A stretch of DNA of 64,000 nucleotides from the NCBI GenBank assembly GCA_963787445.1, contig CAWBCT010000005.1, positions 64,001 through 128,000 on the forward strand. The letters run 5' to 3'. Both the position numbers and the translations under genes were made by a program. Each line of letters opens with the position of its first letter. The first letter of the stretch is position 1. This DNA is from an uncultured archaeon. Its GTDB lineage: Archaea > Micrarchaeota > Micrarchaeia > Micrarchaeales > CABMGC01. Below are positions 59,601 to 64,000 of this stretch, one piece after another. The notes beneath the pieces were generated by a model. It had not been told where the DNA came from and searched no databases. It saw only the letters and a list, made by a program, of their open reading frames with translations.

Positions 59601-61634
59601 GCTGTTGGTGCTGGACCTGATGCCCGCCTCAAACCAGAACTGGCCGCTCAGCGTACTGGCTGAGCTGAGGCCTATCGCATTAACTCCAACGGAGTTCATG
59701 GTGAGGCCGTTGTTTATGATTGCGTTGTCCGCGAATGCGTTGGCTCCGCCGGCGCTGACGGCCACCTTGGCCCAGAGCGAGCCCGGGACCTTGGGACCGA
59801 TGCCGTTGAAGTTGTCATAGAACGAGAACATAGAATAGCCGTCGTCGTACTGGCCGTAGTTGCAATTCGTCGTTGTGACCGTGCCTATCGAACATGAGAG
59901 CTGGGGTGCTTCACCCGTGTTTACGTTGTTGAGAAGTATGTTGGCAGCAATCTGGCCGTTTCCCAAGCTGTTTTGGGCCCAGCCCAGGTAGATCGTGTTG
60001 GTCGTCGGAGTGCCCGTGTTGGCCGGGAGGAAGGTGCTGGGCCACGGAGCCTTGACCCAGTAAAGTATATTGGCGCTGTTTATCAGCGAGTTGGCAGAGG
60101 ATGGAGCCGTGCACAGGCCGTTTGCAGTGGTCTCGCCGACAAGGTTGCCCTCCAGCCAGGAGTTGATGACCATGCCGTTCGGGAAGAAGAACTCGGCGTT
60201 GTCAAGGTTGCAGGTGTAGTACTGGGCGTAGGTCTTGGCCGAGAAGCCGGTGACGACGTTTCCCGGCTGTACGCCGACGGCCAGGGGAGTGCCCGAGGCT
60301 ATCGCTGCATTCTGCTGGTTCGTGAATGTTATCGGAAGAAACTCCACGATGGGTGTGGGAAGTATTATCGCCGTCGGGTCGAGGGGAGTGTAGTTCGCAT
60401 TGCCGAACGTGTCAAAGGTGATATTTAGTGGCAGGCTTGCGGGCACCACGAAGGTCGAGAGGTTCAGGGCGAAGGCGCCGTGCGTTTCCGTCGTGTTGAT
60501 TAGGGTGGTATTGCCCTCCTTCACCGTTATCCTGTAGTTCATCGTGTTGTTGTCAACCACGCTGCCCAGGAGGGAGGGGGTGATGTTGTAGAATGCGCGG
60601 TTTTGGAGCTGCCCGTTGACCACGTAGCCCAGGGGCTCGGTGAGGGTGGTCACGCCGGCGGTGGTGATGTTCTGGCCGAGCACGCGTATGTCCAACCCGG
60701 GCCGGGCCTTTTTCACCGTGACGTTCAGGAGGGCGATTGAGTTGCCCGAAACAATGGCGAAGGTCAGATTTGAATTTGCATTCACGTACTTTCCTGACTG
60801 CCGGATAGAACCATAGGTGACGTTTATGCTGACGTTATTGATCGTTGCCGGGGCACCTCCTCTCGTATAGTTCCTGATCGCCTCACGCACCCTAAGCACC
60901 TGGCTTCTGTTGAGGGCAGTAAGGTTGGACAGTTGGGCGTAGTCCTGGAATCCTAGGATCGTGCCGTTGTAGCTCCCGTTCAAAACCCTTCTGAAGAGTG
61001 GGGAGAGGGATGACAGGCTGTTTGAGATGAAGAGGGAGTTCCTACCGAATGCGGTGTTGAGCCGACGCAGGGTCGTGGACAAGCTAGTAAGTGAGCCAAG
61101 CCGTTTGCCCAGAATGGAATTCGAGATGAGTGAGTTGGAGATGAGTGAATTTGAGATTAGGGAGTTGGTGGTGTTTAGGGCAGGTATCGTGGTTGTCGTG
61201 TTCAGGGTTGTCGTGGTCGTGTTCAGGGTGGTGGTCGTTATGTTCAGAGTAGTGGTTGTTGGAAGGGTGGTGGTTGTCGTTGTTTTGTTTATGGTCGTCG
61301 TTGGGAGAGTGGTGGTTGTCTTGTTTATGGTTGTGGTCGGAATGGTGGTGGTTGTGGTGTTTAGGGTCGTGGTCGGGAGCGTTGTGGTGTTGAGGCTGGT
61401 GGTCGGGAGGGTCGTGGTGTTGAGGGTGGTCGTGGTGTTCAAGGTGGTTGTGCTGGAGCTGGAGAGGTTTAGGATCGTCGTGACGGTTGTGGAGTTTATG
61501 CTTACGATGGAGTTGGAGGTGGTGTTTAACGTGCTGCTGGAGACGGTCGTGTTGGAGGCTGCCGCCACGGTTAGCAGTGCGAAGACGAATGCCACCGCCA
61601 TCAGCAACACTACAAATGCAACTTCGCCCTTCAT
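38631..61634 (-). CDS. Giant (~7,670 aa) membrane-anchored surface protein / putative adhesin with tandem Ig/PKD-like repeats
   Basis: Uninterrupted 23-kb ORF: signal peptide, Thr-rich region, DUF2341-like domain (GEAPQLS...YGQYDDG..F.FYDNF), two lectin-like domains, Ig-like repeats (GG..YTYNF), poly-Gly linker, TM, charged tail. Confidence 0.92.
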   Translation of the reverse strand: MKGEVAFVVLLMAVAFVFALLTVAAASNTTVSSSTLNTTSNSIVSINSTTVTTILNLSSSSTTTLNTTTTLNTTTLPTTSLNTTTLPTTTLNTTTTTIPTTTINKTTTTLPTTTINKTTTTTTLPTTTTLNITTTTLNTTTTTLNTTTTIPALNTTNSLISNSLISNSLISNSILGKRLGSLTSLSTTLRRLNTAFGRNSLFISNSLSSLSPLFRRVLNGSYNGTILGFQDYAQLSNLTALNRSQVLRVREAIRNYTRGGAPATINNVSINVTYGSIRQSGKYVNANSNLTFAIVSGNSIALLNVTVKKARPGLDIRVLGQNITTAGVTTLTEPLGYVVNGQLQNRAFYNITPSLLGSVVDNNTMNYRITVKEGNTTLINTTETHGAFALNLSTFVVPASLPLNITFDTFGNANYTPLDPTAIILPTPIVEFLPITFTNQQNAAIASGTPLAVGVQPGNVVTGFSAKTYAQYYTCNLDNAEFFFPNGMVINSWLEGNLVGETTANGLCTAPSSANSLINSANILYWVKAPWPSTFLPANTGTPTTNTIYLGWAQNSLGNGQIAANILLNNVNTGEAPQLSCSIGTVTTTNCNYGQYDDGYSMFSFYDNFNGIGPKVPGSLWAKVAVSAGGANAFADNAIINNGLTMNSVGVNAIGLSSASTLSGQFWFEAGIRSSTNSALKLPGVEIVSGTPTFGTNGFDSGYGVGFNALTAVNAIVYTSTGASRVYGTRIVTSQPNVIGVAWPAASTQFYSAGYSVITSDSGNGLVTSVGANTLALVIGGNGPITPFAVNIIWARARIYPPNGILPYTTIGTAYIAVTANTPTSAILINSTQMTGSTDCNGANGDVSSPLLYQFKVIMPNNGVCGLPNTAQYIQMTGQGANGGPDPLDSFSYNGAFNGMSNTLAGPNDIENIFMANSLFFNGVEFGFISKIADGSLLGYLQSNNLDFQYAILHAAGPSNSPISYTGNFYAALTYNGVRTTASFYLNGLLLGSVADAGNTFPLNSLSFWSVIGVARASNGWISSNSVDYMIVSNLTTYHTMPTYYVAQQTEPYPIGAHAFNGISPYTYTWYVNSAGNPACNAANVIAGATLPTYAASPLASNTYSYRVADSSNGAVCSGPITLTYSTLFANPLTVSNTIVDFGQNTLLTGNPTGGVAPYTMSYYRFASCAGTPLGAGTTLFSEPQPTVPYTSTTSSYSYSLTDTQTQVCSGASSVIENSPFTANGAQIITTVTNTMLTAATTCAGTSGAASSNQLTLFTLLFPGNNICAVPSYSQYTGTSNQIYAYSFNGVFNGVVNNAANGEDDYDVYASSATGAQYGIIVKIADGSMLGYIQSGGGDFNYTVLRPASTTGTIQYNGNFLVQLSRTASNSVASFYLNGAKMGFVQANNNIPLNAITYSMDLNMQRWANDIVTTNSVYYMTINNLVTYSSNSTLTTPNPSNVVIDNGQSTTLTIPAASTGSPGYTYTWFSGASATCTSDTTTGTTGLSQTFTPSSPTYYCVKEVDGATTNEIAYTGTNQITVNTAPSISSSPGTTSYDIGQTVIQTATITGGTPQFTYNQIIYNGGTPVYSSNSPYTSLTTNVLTVLASTLGAGTYTYNVIAKDQASSPVTFNTIPYTITVYSALNTPGITPSSNANYDQGTSIIFTASASGGTGSYTYNFLVYNSVTNTIVGMSGPQASSTYAFPVNSANAGNTLVANVFVTDTATTQVTTNSIHSGVFTVFTSLNTPTITPSSNANYDQGTSIIFTASASGGTGSYTYNFLVYNSVTNTLVGMSGGQAGTTYAFPVNSANAGNTLVANVFVIDTSANQVTVNSIKSGVFTVKPTLGTPTITPSSNANYDQGTSIIFTASASGGTGSYTYNFFVYNSVTNTLVGTSGGQAGTTYAFPVNSANAGNTLVANVFVIDTSANQVTVNSIKSGVFTVFTSLNTPTITPSSNANYDQGTSIIFTASASGGTGSYTYNFLVYNSVTNTLVGMSGGQAGTTYAFPVNSANAGNTLVANVFVTDTSANQVVVNSILSGVLTVKTTLGTPTITPSSNANYDQGTSIIFTASASGGTGSYTYNFLVYNSVTNTLVGMSGGQSGTTYAFPVNSANAGNTLVANVFVIDTSANQVTVNSIKSGVFTVFTSLNTPTIAPSSNANYDQGTSIIFTASASGGTGSYTYNFFVYNSVTNTLVGTSGGQSGTTYAFPVNSANAGNTLVANVFVIDTSANQVTVNSIKSGVFTVFTSLNTPTIAPSSNANYDQGTSIIFTASASGGTGSYTYNFLVYNSVTNTLVGMSGGQSGTTYAFPVNSANAGNTLVANVFVIDTSANQVTVNSIKSGVFTVKSTLGTPTLTPSSNANYDQGTSILFTASASGGTGSYTYNFFVYNSVTNTLVGTSGGQSGTTYAFPVNSANAGNTLVANVFVIDTSANQVTVNSIHSGTFTVFTSLNTPTITPSSNANYDQGTSIIFTASASGGTGSYTYNFLVYNSVTNTLVGMSGGQSGTTYAFPVNSANAGNTLVANVFVIDTSANQVVVNSILSGVLTVKTTLGTPTITPSSNANYDQGTSIIFTASASGGTGSYTYNFLVYNSVTNTLVGMSGGQSGTTYAFPVNSANAGNTLVANVFVIDTSANQVTVNSIHSGTFTVFTSLNTPTITPSSNANYDQGTSIIFTASASGGTGSYTYNFLVYNSVTNTLVGMSGGQSGTTYAFPVNSANAGNTLVANVFVIDTSANQVTVNSIKSGVFTVKPTLGTPTITPSSNANYDQGTSIIFTASASGGTGSYTYNFLVYNSVTNTLVGMSGGQSGTTYAFPVNSANAGNTLVANVFVIDTSANQVAVNSILSGVFTVKPTLNTPTITPSSNANYDQGTSIIFTASASGGTGSYTYNFFVYNSVTNTLVGTSGGQSGTTYAFPVNSANAGNTLVANVFVTDTSANQVVVNSILSGVLTVKTTLGTPTITPSSNANYDQGTSIIFTASASGGTGSYTYNFLVYNSVTNTLVGTSGDQPGATYAFPVNSANAGNTLVANVFVTDTSGNAIAANSIYSGTFTVYSALGIPMLTSNPTLPASWAVGNTITYTASWSGGVSSYTVNFLVVNTITGSLAANYLTTNTFTSNSFTWLIPLADIGNTLQANVIITDSAANVETTNSVPSGTLTVISSYTPPAVTISAPSNSLVDVGQYETFTATEAGGSTTSFTYNFLVVNSVTLGTIAHNALFQSVSSTTSTFTYQVISSDVANSPEKANVVLTDTNPTTVNSVYTSTFTISPAPTVSITPSSNANYDQGTSIIFTASASGGTGSYTYNFLVYNSVTNTLVGMSGGQPGATYAFPVNSANAGNTLVANVFVTDSATTHVTVNSILSGIFTVEPTLGTPTITPSSNANYDQGTSIIFTASASGGTGSYTYNFFVYNSVTNTLVGTSGGQSGTTYAFPVNSANAGNTLVANVFVIDTSANQVTVNSIKSGVFTVFTSLNTPTITPSSNANYDQGTSIIFTASASGGTGSYTYNFFVYNSVTNTLVGTSGGQSGTTYAFPVNSANAGNTLVANVFVIDTSANQVTVNSIKSGVFTVFTSLNTPTLAPSSNANYDQGTSIIFTASASGGTGSYTYNFLVYNSVTNTLVGMSGGQSGTTYAFPVNSANAGNTLVANVFVIDTSANQVTVNSIHSGTFTVFTSLNTPTITPSSNANYDQGTSIIFTASASGGTGSYTYNFFVYNSVTNTLVGTSGGQSGTTYAFPVNSANAGNTLVANVFVIDTSANQVTVNSIHSGTFTVFTSLNTPTITPSSNANYDQGTSIIFTASASGGTGSYTYNFLVYNSVTNTLVGMSGGQSGTTYAFPVNSANAGNTLVANVFVIDTSANQVVVNSILSGVLTVKTTLGTPTITPSSNANYDQGTSIIFTASASGGTGSYTYNFLVYNSVTNTLVGMSGGQSGTTYAFPVNSANAGNTLVANVFVIDTSANQVTVNSIKSGVFTVKPTLGTPTITPSSNANYDQGTSIIFTASASGGTGSYTYNFFVYNLVTNTLVGTSGGQAGTTYAFPVNSANAGNTLVANVFVIDTSANQVTVNSIHSGTFTVYTALGTPTITPSSNANYDQGTSIIFTASASGGTGSYTYNFLVYNSVTNTLIGMSGGQSGTTYAFPVNSANAGNTLVANVFVTDNSGNSIAANSIHSGTFTVFTSLNTPTITPSSNANYDQGTSIIFTASASGGTGSYTYNFFVYNSVTNTLVGTSGGQSGTTYAFPVNSANAGNTLVANVFVIDTSANQVTVNSIKSGVFTVFTSLNTPTITPSSNANYDQGTSIIFTASASGGTGSYTYNFLVYNSVTNTLVGTSSGQSGTTYAFPVNSANAGNTLVANVFVIDTSANQVTVNSIKSGVFTVKPTLGTPTITPSSNANYDQGTSIIFTASASGGTGSYTYNFFVYNSVTNTLVGTSGGQSGTTYAFPVNSANAGNTLVANVFVIDTSANQVTVNSIKSGVFTVFTSLNTPTITPSSNANYDQGTSIIFTASASGGTGSYTYNFFVYNSVTNTLVGTSGGQSGTTYAFPVNSANAGNTLVANVFVIDTSANQVTVNSIKSGVFTVFTSLNTPTITPSSNANYDQGTSIIFTASASGGTGSYTYNFFVYNSVTNTLVGTSGGQSGTTYAFPVNSANAGNTLVANVFVIDTSANQVTVNSIKSGVFTVFTSLNTPTITPSSNANYDQGTSIIFTASASGGTGSYTYNFFVYNSVTNTLVGTSGGQSGTTYAFPVNSANAGNTLVANVFVIDTSANQVTVNSIKSGVFTVFTSLNTPTIAPSSNANYDQGTSIIFTASASGGTGSYTYNFFVYNSVTNTLVGTSGGQSGTTYAFPVNSANAGNTLVANVFVTDNSGNSIAANSIHSGTFTVFTSLNTPTITPSSNANYDQGTSIIFTASASGGTGSYTYNFFVYNSVTNTLVGTSGGQSGTTYAFPVNSANAGNTLVANVFVIDTSANQVTVNSIKSGVFTVFTSLNTPTITPSSNANYDQGTSIIFTASASGGTGSYTYNFLVYNSVTNTLVGMSGGQSGTTYAFPVNSANAGNTLVANVFVIDTSANQVVVNSILSGVLTVKTTLGTPTITPSSNANYDQGTSIIFTASASGGTGSYTYNFLVYNSVTNTLVGMSGGQSGTTYAFPVNSANAGNTLVANVFVIDTSANQVTVNSIKSGVFTVKPTLGTPTITPSSNANYDQGTSIIFTASASGGTGSYTYNFFVYNLVTNTLVGTSGGQAGTTYAFPVNSANAGNTLVANVFVIDTSANQVTVNSIHSGTFTVYTALGTPTITPSSNANYDQGTSIIFTASASGGTGSYTYNFLVYNSVTNTLVGMSGGQSGTTYAFPVNSANAGNTLVANVFVTDNSGNSIAANSIHSGTFTVFTSLNTPTITPSSNANYDQGTSIIFTASASGGTGSYTYNFFVYNSVTNTLVGTSGGQSGTTYAFPVNSANAGNTLVANVFVIDTSANQVTVNSIKSGVFTVFTSLNTPTITPSSNANYDQGTSIIFTASASGGTGSYTYNFFVYNSVTNTLVGTSGGQSGTTYAFPVNSANAGNTLVANVFVIDTSANQVTVNSIHSGTFTVFTPLNTPTITPSSNANYDQGTSIIFTASASGGTGSYTYNFFVYNSVTNTLVGTSGGQSGTTYAFPVNSANAGNTLVANVFVIDTSANQVTVNSIKSGVFTVKPTLGTPTITPSSNANYDQGTSIIFTASASGGTGSYTYNFFVYNSVTNTLVGTSGGQSGTTYAFPVNSANAGNTLVANVFVTDNSGNSIVTNSIHSGTFTVYAALGTPTISPASNSNYDQGTDIIFSVTASGGTGSYTYNFFVYNSVTNTLVGTSGGQSGTTYAFPVNSANAGNTLVANVFVTDNSGNSVAANSIHSGTFTVFTPLNTPTITPSSNANYDQGTSIIFTASASGGTGSYTYNFFVYNSVTNTLVGTSGGQSGTTYAFPVNSANAGNTLVANVFVIDTSANQVTVNSIKSGVFTVFTSLNTPTITPSSNANYDQGTSIIFTASASGGTGSYTYNFFVYNSVTNTLVGTSGGQSGTTYAFPVNSANAGNTLVANVFVIDTSANQVTVNSIKSGVFTVFTSLNTPTIAPSSNANYDQGTSIIFTASASGGTGSYTYNFFVYNSVTNTLVGTSGGQPGATYAFPVNSANAGNTLVANVFVTDTSANQVTVNSIKSGTFTVKPTFGTPTIAPSSNANYDQGTSIIFTASASGGTGSYTYNFFVYNSVTNTLVGTSGGQSGTTYAFPVNSANAGNTLVANVFVTDNSGNSIAANSIHSGTFTVFTSLNTPTITPSSNANYDQGTSIIFTASASGGTGSYTYNFFVYNSVTNTLVGTSGGQSGTTYAFPVNSANAGNTLVANVFVIDTSANQVTVNSIKSGVFTVFTSLNTPTITPSSNANYDQGTSIIFTASAFGGTGSYTYNFFVYNSVTNTLVGTSGGQSGTTYAFPVNSANAGNTLVANVFVIDTSANQVTVNSIKSGVFTVKPTLGTPTITPSSNANYDQGTSIIFTASASGGTGSYTYNFFVYNSVTNTLVGTSGGQAGTTYAFPVNSANAGNTLVANVFVIDTSANQVTVNSIKSGVFTVFTSLNTPTITPSSNANYDQGTSIIFTASASGGTGSYTYNFFVYNSVTNTLVGTSGGQAGTTYAFPVNSANAGNTLVANVFVIDTSANQVTVNSIKSGVFTVFTSLNTPTITPSSNANYDQGTSIIFTASASGGTGSYTYNFFVYNSVTNTLVGTSGGQSGTTYAFPVNSANAGNTLVANVFVIDTSANQLIVNSILSGIFTIQPPLAPSITVSSLEVDAGQTVTFTGTAGGGTSSYTYNFLVVNTITGNLFANALYTAVPTASNTFTYTTMNSDAGNTIQANVIVTDSAANAVTANSVKSSTVTISPLLVSSLFTASNSVLNFNQYQLLSAQLTGGSSPYTYNFVVYNSIGALVTNQLYTGLSTSNTFLFQSLGTWSTGTYTANVYLTDNAGVPVTVSNTLTFTLIGPLTQISWTAGNSLIDQNQYQALSMHINGGLSPYTYNFLVYNSIGALVANALYASPQISNSFLFVQSPAFGTGGFTANILVTDATSNTVSNTLAYAANTPLISTQFIPLNPTTTTTGGQLLEAAIGGGTPPYTYNFLVYNPAGSLVTQNLVSGSSLTTMSYIYAQQASWGTGAFTAHLLATDSATTQVQVSNSLGYNVTTGGGGGGGGGGGGGGGGGVGGAGGGGLLKPTVLPIQNGYVVLGIAVPDIFNVTLFGLLLNFTENFISPTNSGITVNGQSYVIYQNRSTLIVQDQNPNYVYSMQIVNISYIPLQQSIVLRITALPKRVVLNVTTDNFSSEIITYNTTPTIVHLLREDTTLNLTSSITAYQLLSIRNLTQSPFLPALPAGYQPELTENLSIRPTTNLQHQLNTSMNVSVRYNCAIPYYKVVPFILSNFSWAMVDKFTVNSQACEVTMTFNQDPVLSLTSFVGIGNVTVPTTVTTLGTSTTTTIPVVVPPPVNNTPFYDALGLAGAIALIAIALWLIIRRRRMEKRAGPSAIVSAMSLIGRRMRRQRKPKKVEPEEEEEEEPEAAAPELPQRKLSPRPAPPAARRQPTPSARREAILAQSRAEAKRILADAEKETKRMRADSEKRMASGGTAKEILSRAKKRASGLSGRRLSRQKEQQLIADAIAMVLRKRGTD
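41290..51870 (-). repeat. Tandem array block 1: 35 x 303-bp coding repeats
   Basis: The YDQG codons recur every 303 bp from ~41531 to ~51832 (34 intervals). Confidence 0.9.
52515..56760 (-). repeat. Tandem array block 2: 14 x 303-bp coding repeats
   Basis: The YDQG codons recur from ~52774 to ~56713 (13 intervals); separated from block 1 by two divergent units. Confidence 0.9.
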
Positions 61635-61807
61635 ACGCAATCACTCAGAATTTTTGGTTCTGAGCCCTTTTTCTGTGTGAAGCGGTCACCACAACCCCTA
61701 AAGCGCAACTTCACTACTCTTGCGCACTTCGCTTCACTGATTTTCAATGTTTTATAATAGACTTAAGCTTATTAAGCCTTCCCCGTCAAAGCTGAGAGCC
61801 GAAAATA

Positions 61808-61829
61808 GGCTTTTTTGGCCAAAAAAGCC
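61808..61829. promoter_or_regulatory. Perfect 22-bp palindrome in the divergent promoter region of the giant gene
   Basis: GGCTTTTTTGGCCAAAAAAGCC. Confidence 0.5.
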
Positions 61830-62003
61830 CAAAAAAATGAAAAGTTCCGCTATTCAAGCCGTAAAAAATCAAAAAGTTTATTAAAATTCATGCAAAAATA
61901 ATGATTATCGGGGATTAGTGGACAGGCTATTCGTCGGTTTTGGCTGCAAATTTGCACTTTTGGGTAGGATGCTTTACGATACTTATTTAATCCTAGCCAG
62001 TTT

Positions 62004-62714
62004 ATGGTAATCATGGAGACGGAGGAGGCAGGGACGATAGAATACATACTTAGCGGGATAATACACAACCCCAAGACCTGGGAGGTGCTCCTGCCCGATT
62101 TTCTGAATCAGTTATTGGAGTACAGCGAAGCCCAGAGGAAAAGAATCATTGACGACATTATAAACGTTGCCCTAGAGGAGCTCTCCCAGGAGAACTATGA
62201 GACCTTCGTGGAGAGAGTTATCATGAGCATCGGGAAGCTTCCGGATGACGTGAGGTACGCGGTCCTCACAAGCAGCATAATCTCCCCAGAGGGAGTTAAA
62301 GGGGATAAGAGTGAAAAGGTGAGCATTACACTGGGCCACATAATTAAAAAGGTGACCGCTCAGGACAATGAGGATATGCAGGGGGTGATAAGGGCCGTAC
62401 TTGAGGCGATGCTTACGATGAGGGAAGAGGATGGGATTGCAGTGATGCGCGCAGTTGTCGCCAACTCCCGGAGGTTCAGCAGGGCCAACTACCTAAGGTA
62501 CGCGGTCTCGTGGCTGAATGTTGCAGGCGATATGGACAAGGCCTCGCTGAAGAAGTTCCTGAGAATGAGGGGAGAGGTGCTGGCTGAGGTGGAACCAATA
62601 AAACAGCTCATAAGCAATGACACGCTCATAAAGGTTGCAATGATGAGGATAACTGAGGAGAGGAGGAGAAGGATACTGGAGGCCACAGAGAGCCTGAATA
62701 AAGAGTCCAGGTAA
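62004..62714 (+). CDS. Hypothetical alpha-helical protein
   Basis: 236-aa ORF with archaeal codon usage; no recognised motif. Confidence 0.7.
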   Translation: MVIMETEEAGTIEYILSGIIHNPKTWEVLLPDFLNQLLEYSEAQRKRIIDDIINVALEELSQENYETFVERVIMSIGKLPDDVRYAVLTSSIISPEGVKGDKSEKVSITLGHIIKKVTAQDNEDMQGVIRAVLEAMLTMREEDGIAVMRAVVANSRRFSRANYLRYAVSWLNVAGDMDKASLKKFLRMRGEVLAEVEPIKQLISNDTLIKVAMMRITEERRRRILEATESLNKESR

Positions 62715-62723
62715 ATAAAGTCT

Positions 62724-63929
62724 TTACTTTTGCTTTAGGATAGTTGAAGGCTGCACCTTGGAGGCAAGAGCTATCGCATCGGACAGATCCTCCGACACCT
62801 GACCCTCTGCGCCTTTTAATCCGCACCTCAAAAAATAACTTCCAACCGCCATCGGAGAGGGAGAAGTGATGGAAGATTCGGATTTGGTTGGCACAAAATG
62901 AAGTATGTCTTCGTATATTTTCGCCCCGGAACGGCTGGCAAACCCTCTTTCCTGTTTCAGAACCATCTGGAATCCCTGTCCAGCAGCCAAAGCATACAAA
63001 AGCGCAGAGTTTTCAAACCCGATGTTCTTTATTCTGGATTCCCGGCCTATGACGACGATTATCCTGCCGCTTTCCTTCAATGTGCGCTTGATCTCCTTCA
63101 TCGCGGTTGACATGTCAATCGAGTATTGGATTATTGTGAGGAACCTATTTCCAAGGTTCTTCTTGTCGGAGCCGATCTCGCACTCGTCAATCTCGGATTG
63201 CTTGAATCCTGCAAGCCACAGCGCCTTTTTGTAATTCCTGCTGTAGTTGAATACGCCAGGATAGGGCGGTGATGTCAGGACCAGATCCACTGACCTGTTT
63301 TTTATCGGCAGGCTTCGAGCGTCGGCCTTGAACACAACACACTTTCTGACGCTGTAGGGCAACTCGTTTATTATCTTTTTGTGGATGTTGAACGCATTCG
63401 TCAGGCTCTTTGCCATCTCCTTTTCGTCGAGTAGGGAAGCCCTCATCAGGACGTTTGCCAGAATATTGTACACCAGGGGCCTCTTTGACGCATCCTTTAG
63501 CATGGATCTCATGTTGGAGTCAAAAGAGTTTGGTTCTTTAAGGTTTTTTTCTATCATTTTCATTGCTGTGTCAAGATATTTCTTCCGCTCGTTTTTCTTT
63601 AGATTGCAGAAAACAGCGGTCCTTGCCAGTTCAACTGCGGCAGGACTTATCTCCGAACCAAGACAGGAACGTGATTTATGCGCGGCCTCAAAAAGCGTTG
63701 TTCCGCTGCCGACAAAAGGATCCAGGATTACGGAGTTGGGTTTTGAATACTTGTCAAGAAGAACCTCAACCAGTTCCGGTGGGAACTGTCCGCTCCATTG
63801 AAACAGGCTTTTCCTGCTGCGCTCCTCCAAATCCAATTTGCTTTTCGGTATGGATGATCTGTCTACGGGAAAATCATGGAACTCCTTAATCAGGGATGGG
63901 ATTTTATAATCTGGGATTTCTTCGGGCAT
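62724..63929 (-). CDS. Site-specific DNA amino-methyltransferase (probably N4-cytosine)
   Basis: Motif I DPFVGSGTT precedes motif IV TSPPY. Confidence 0.88.
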   Translation of the reverse strand: MPEEIPDYKIPSLIKEFHDFPVDRSSIPKSKLDLEERSRKSLFQWSGQFPPELVEVLLDKYSKPNSVILDPFVGSGTTLFEAAHKSRSCLGSEISPAAVELARTAVFCNLKKNERKKYLDTAMKMIEKNLKEPNSFDSNMRSMLKDASKRPLVYNILANVLMRASLLDEKEMAKSLTNAFNIHKKIINELPYSVRKCVVFKADARSLPIKNRSVDLVLTSPPYPGVFNYSRNYKKALWLAGFKQSEIDECEIGSDKKNLGNRFLTIIQYSIDMSTAMKEIKRTLKESGRIIVVIGRESRIKNIGFENSALLYALAAGQGFQMVLKQERGFASRSGAKIYEDILHFVPTKSESSITSPSPMAVGSYFLRCGLKGAEGQVSEDLSDAIALASKVQPSTILKQK

Positions 63930-63944
63930 GGTTTCCTCTCAAAA

Positions 63945-64000
63945 TCAAACTTCCTTTTTGGGATCCAGAATTTTCTCAAGTGTTTTCCTGTCAAGAACCC
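63945..64000 (-). CDS. 3' end of a gene, possibly fumarase/aspartase family
   Basis: ...VLDRKTLEKILDPKKEV* resembles the C-terminus of this superfamily; only 17 codons are visible. Confidence 0.4.
   Translation of the reverse strand, partial: VLDRKTLEKILDPKKEV

Overview
The window joins DNA from two unrelated organisms at about position 15,018. Part A (1 to ~15,017) is high-GC alphaproteobacterial DNA. It carries a sugar ABC binding protein, a LacI regulator, an SIS isomerase, a complete cbb3 oxidase locus (ccoNOQP-GHIS) with FNR/FixK boxes, DUF2189, a DsbD_2/TauE-like protein, two tandem 2OG-Fe(II) oxygenases and a CHASE sensor cut off at the junction. At least five single-base frameshifts in this part look like long-read errors. 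Part B (~15,018-64,000) is archaeal, shown by aIF2-gamma, S6e, L40e, CDC48, a class I CCA-adding enzyme and tRNAs without encoded CCA; DPANN/Micrarchaeota is an inference. Its main feature is a 23-kb ORF for a ~7,670-aa membrane-anchored surface protein. That protein has a DUF2341-like and lectin-like head, a stalk of 49 near-identical 101-aa (303-bp) Ig/PKD-like repeats with mosaic and higher-order duplication structure, and N-glycosylation sequons almost only at its two ends. Other notable items are a circularly permuted CcdA coupled to a DipZ-like thioredoxin, a vapBC islet bounded by a 12-bp duplication of the tRNA-Ala 3' end, a tRNA-Ala with an A18/G55 elbow, and an unannotated 2-TM protein after ccoS. 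All family calls come from recognising motifs by eye; no database searches were run.
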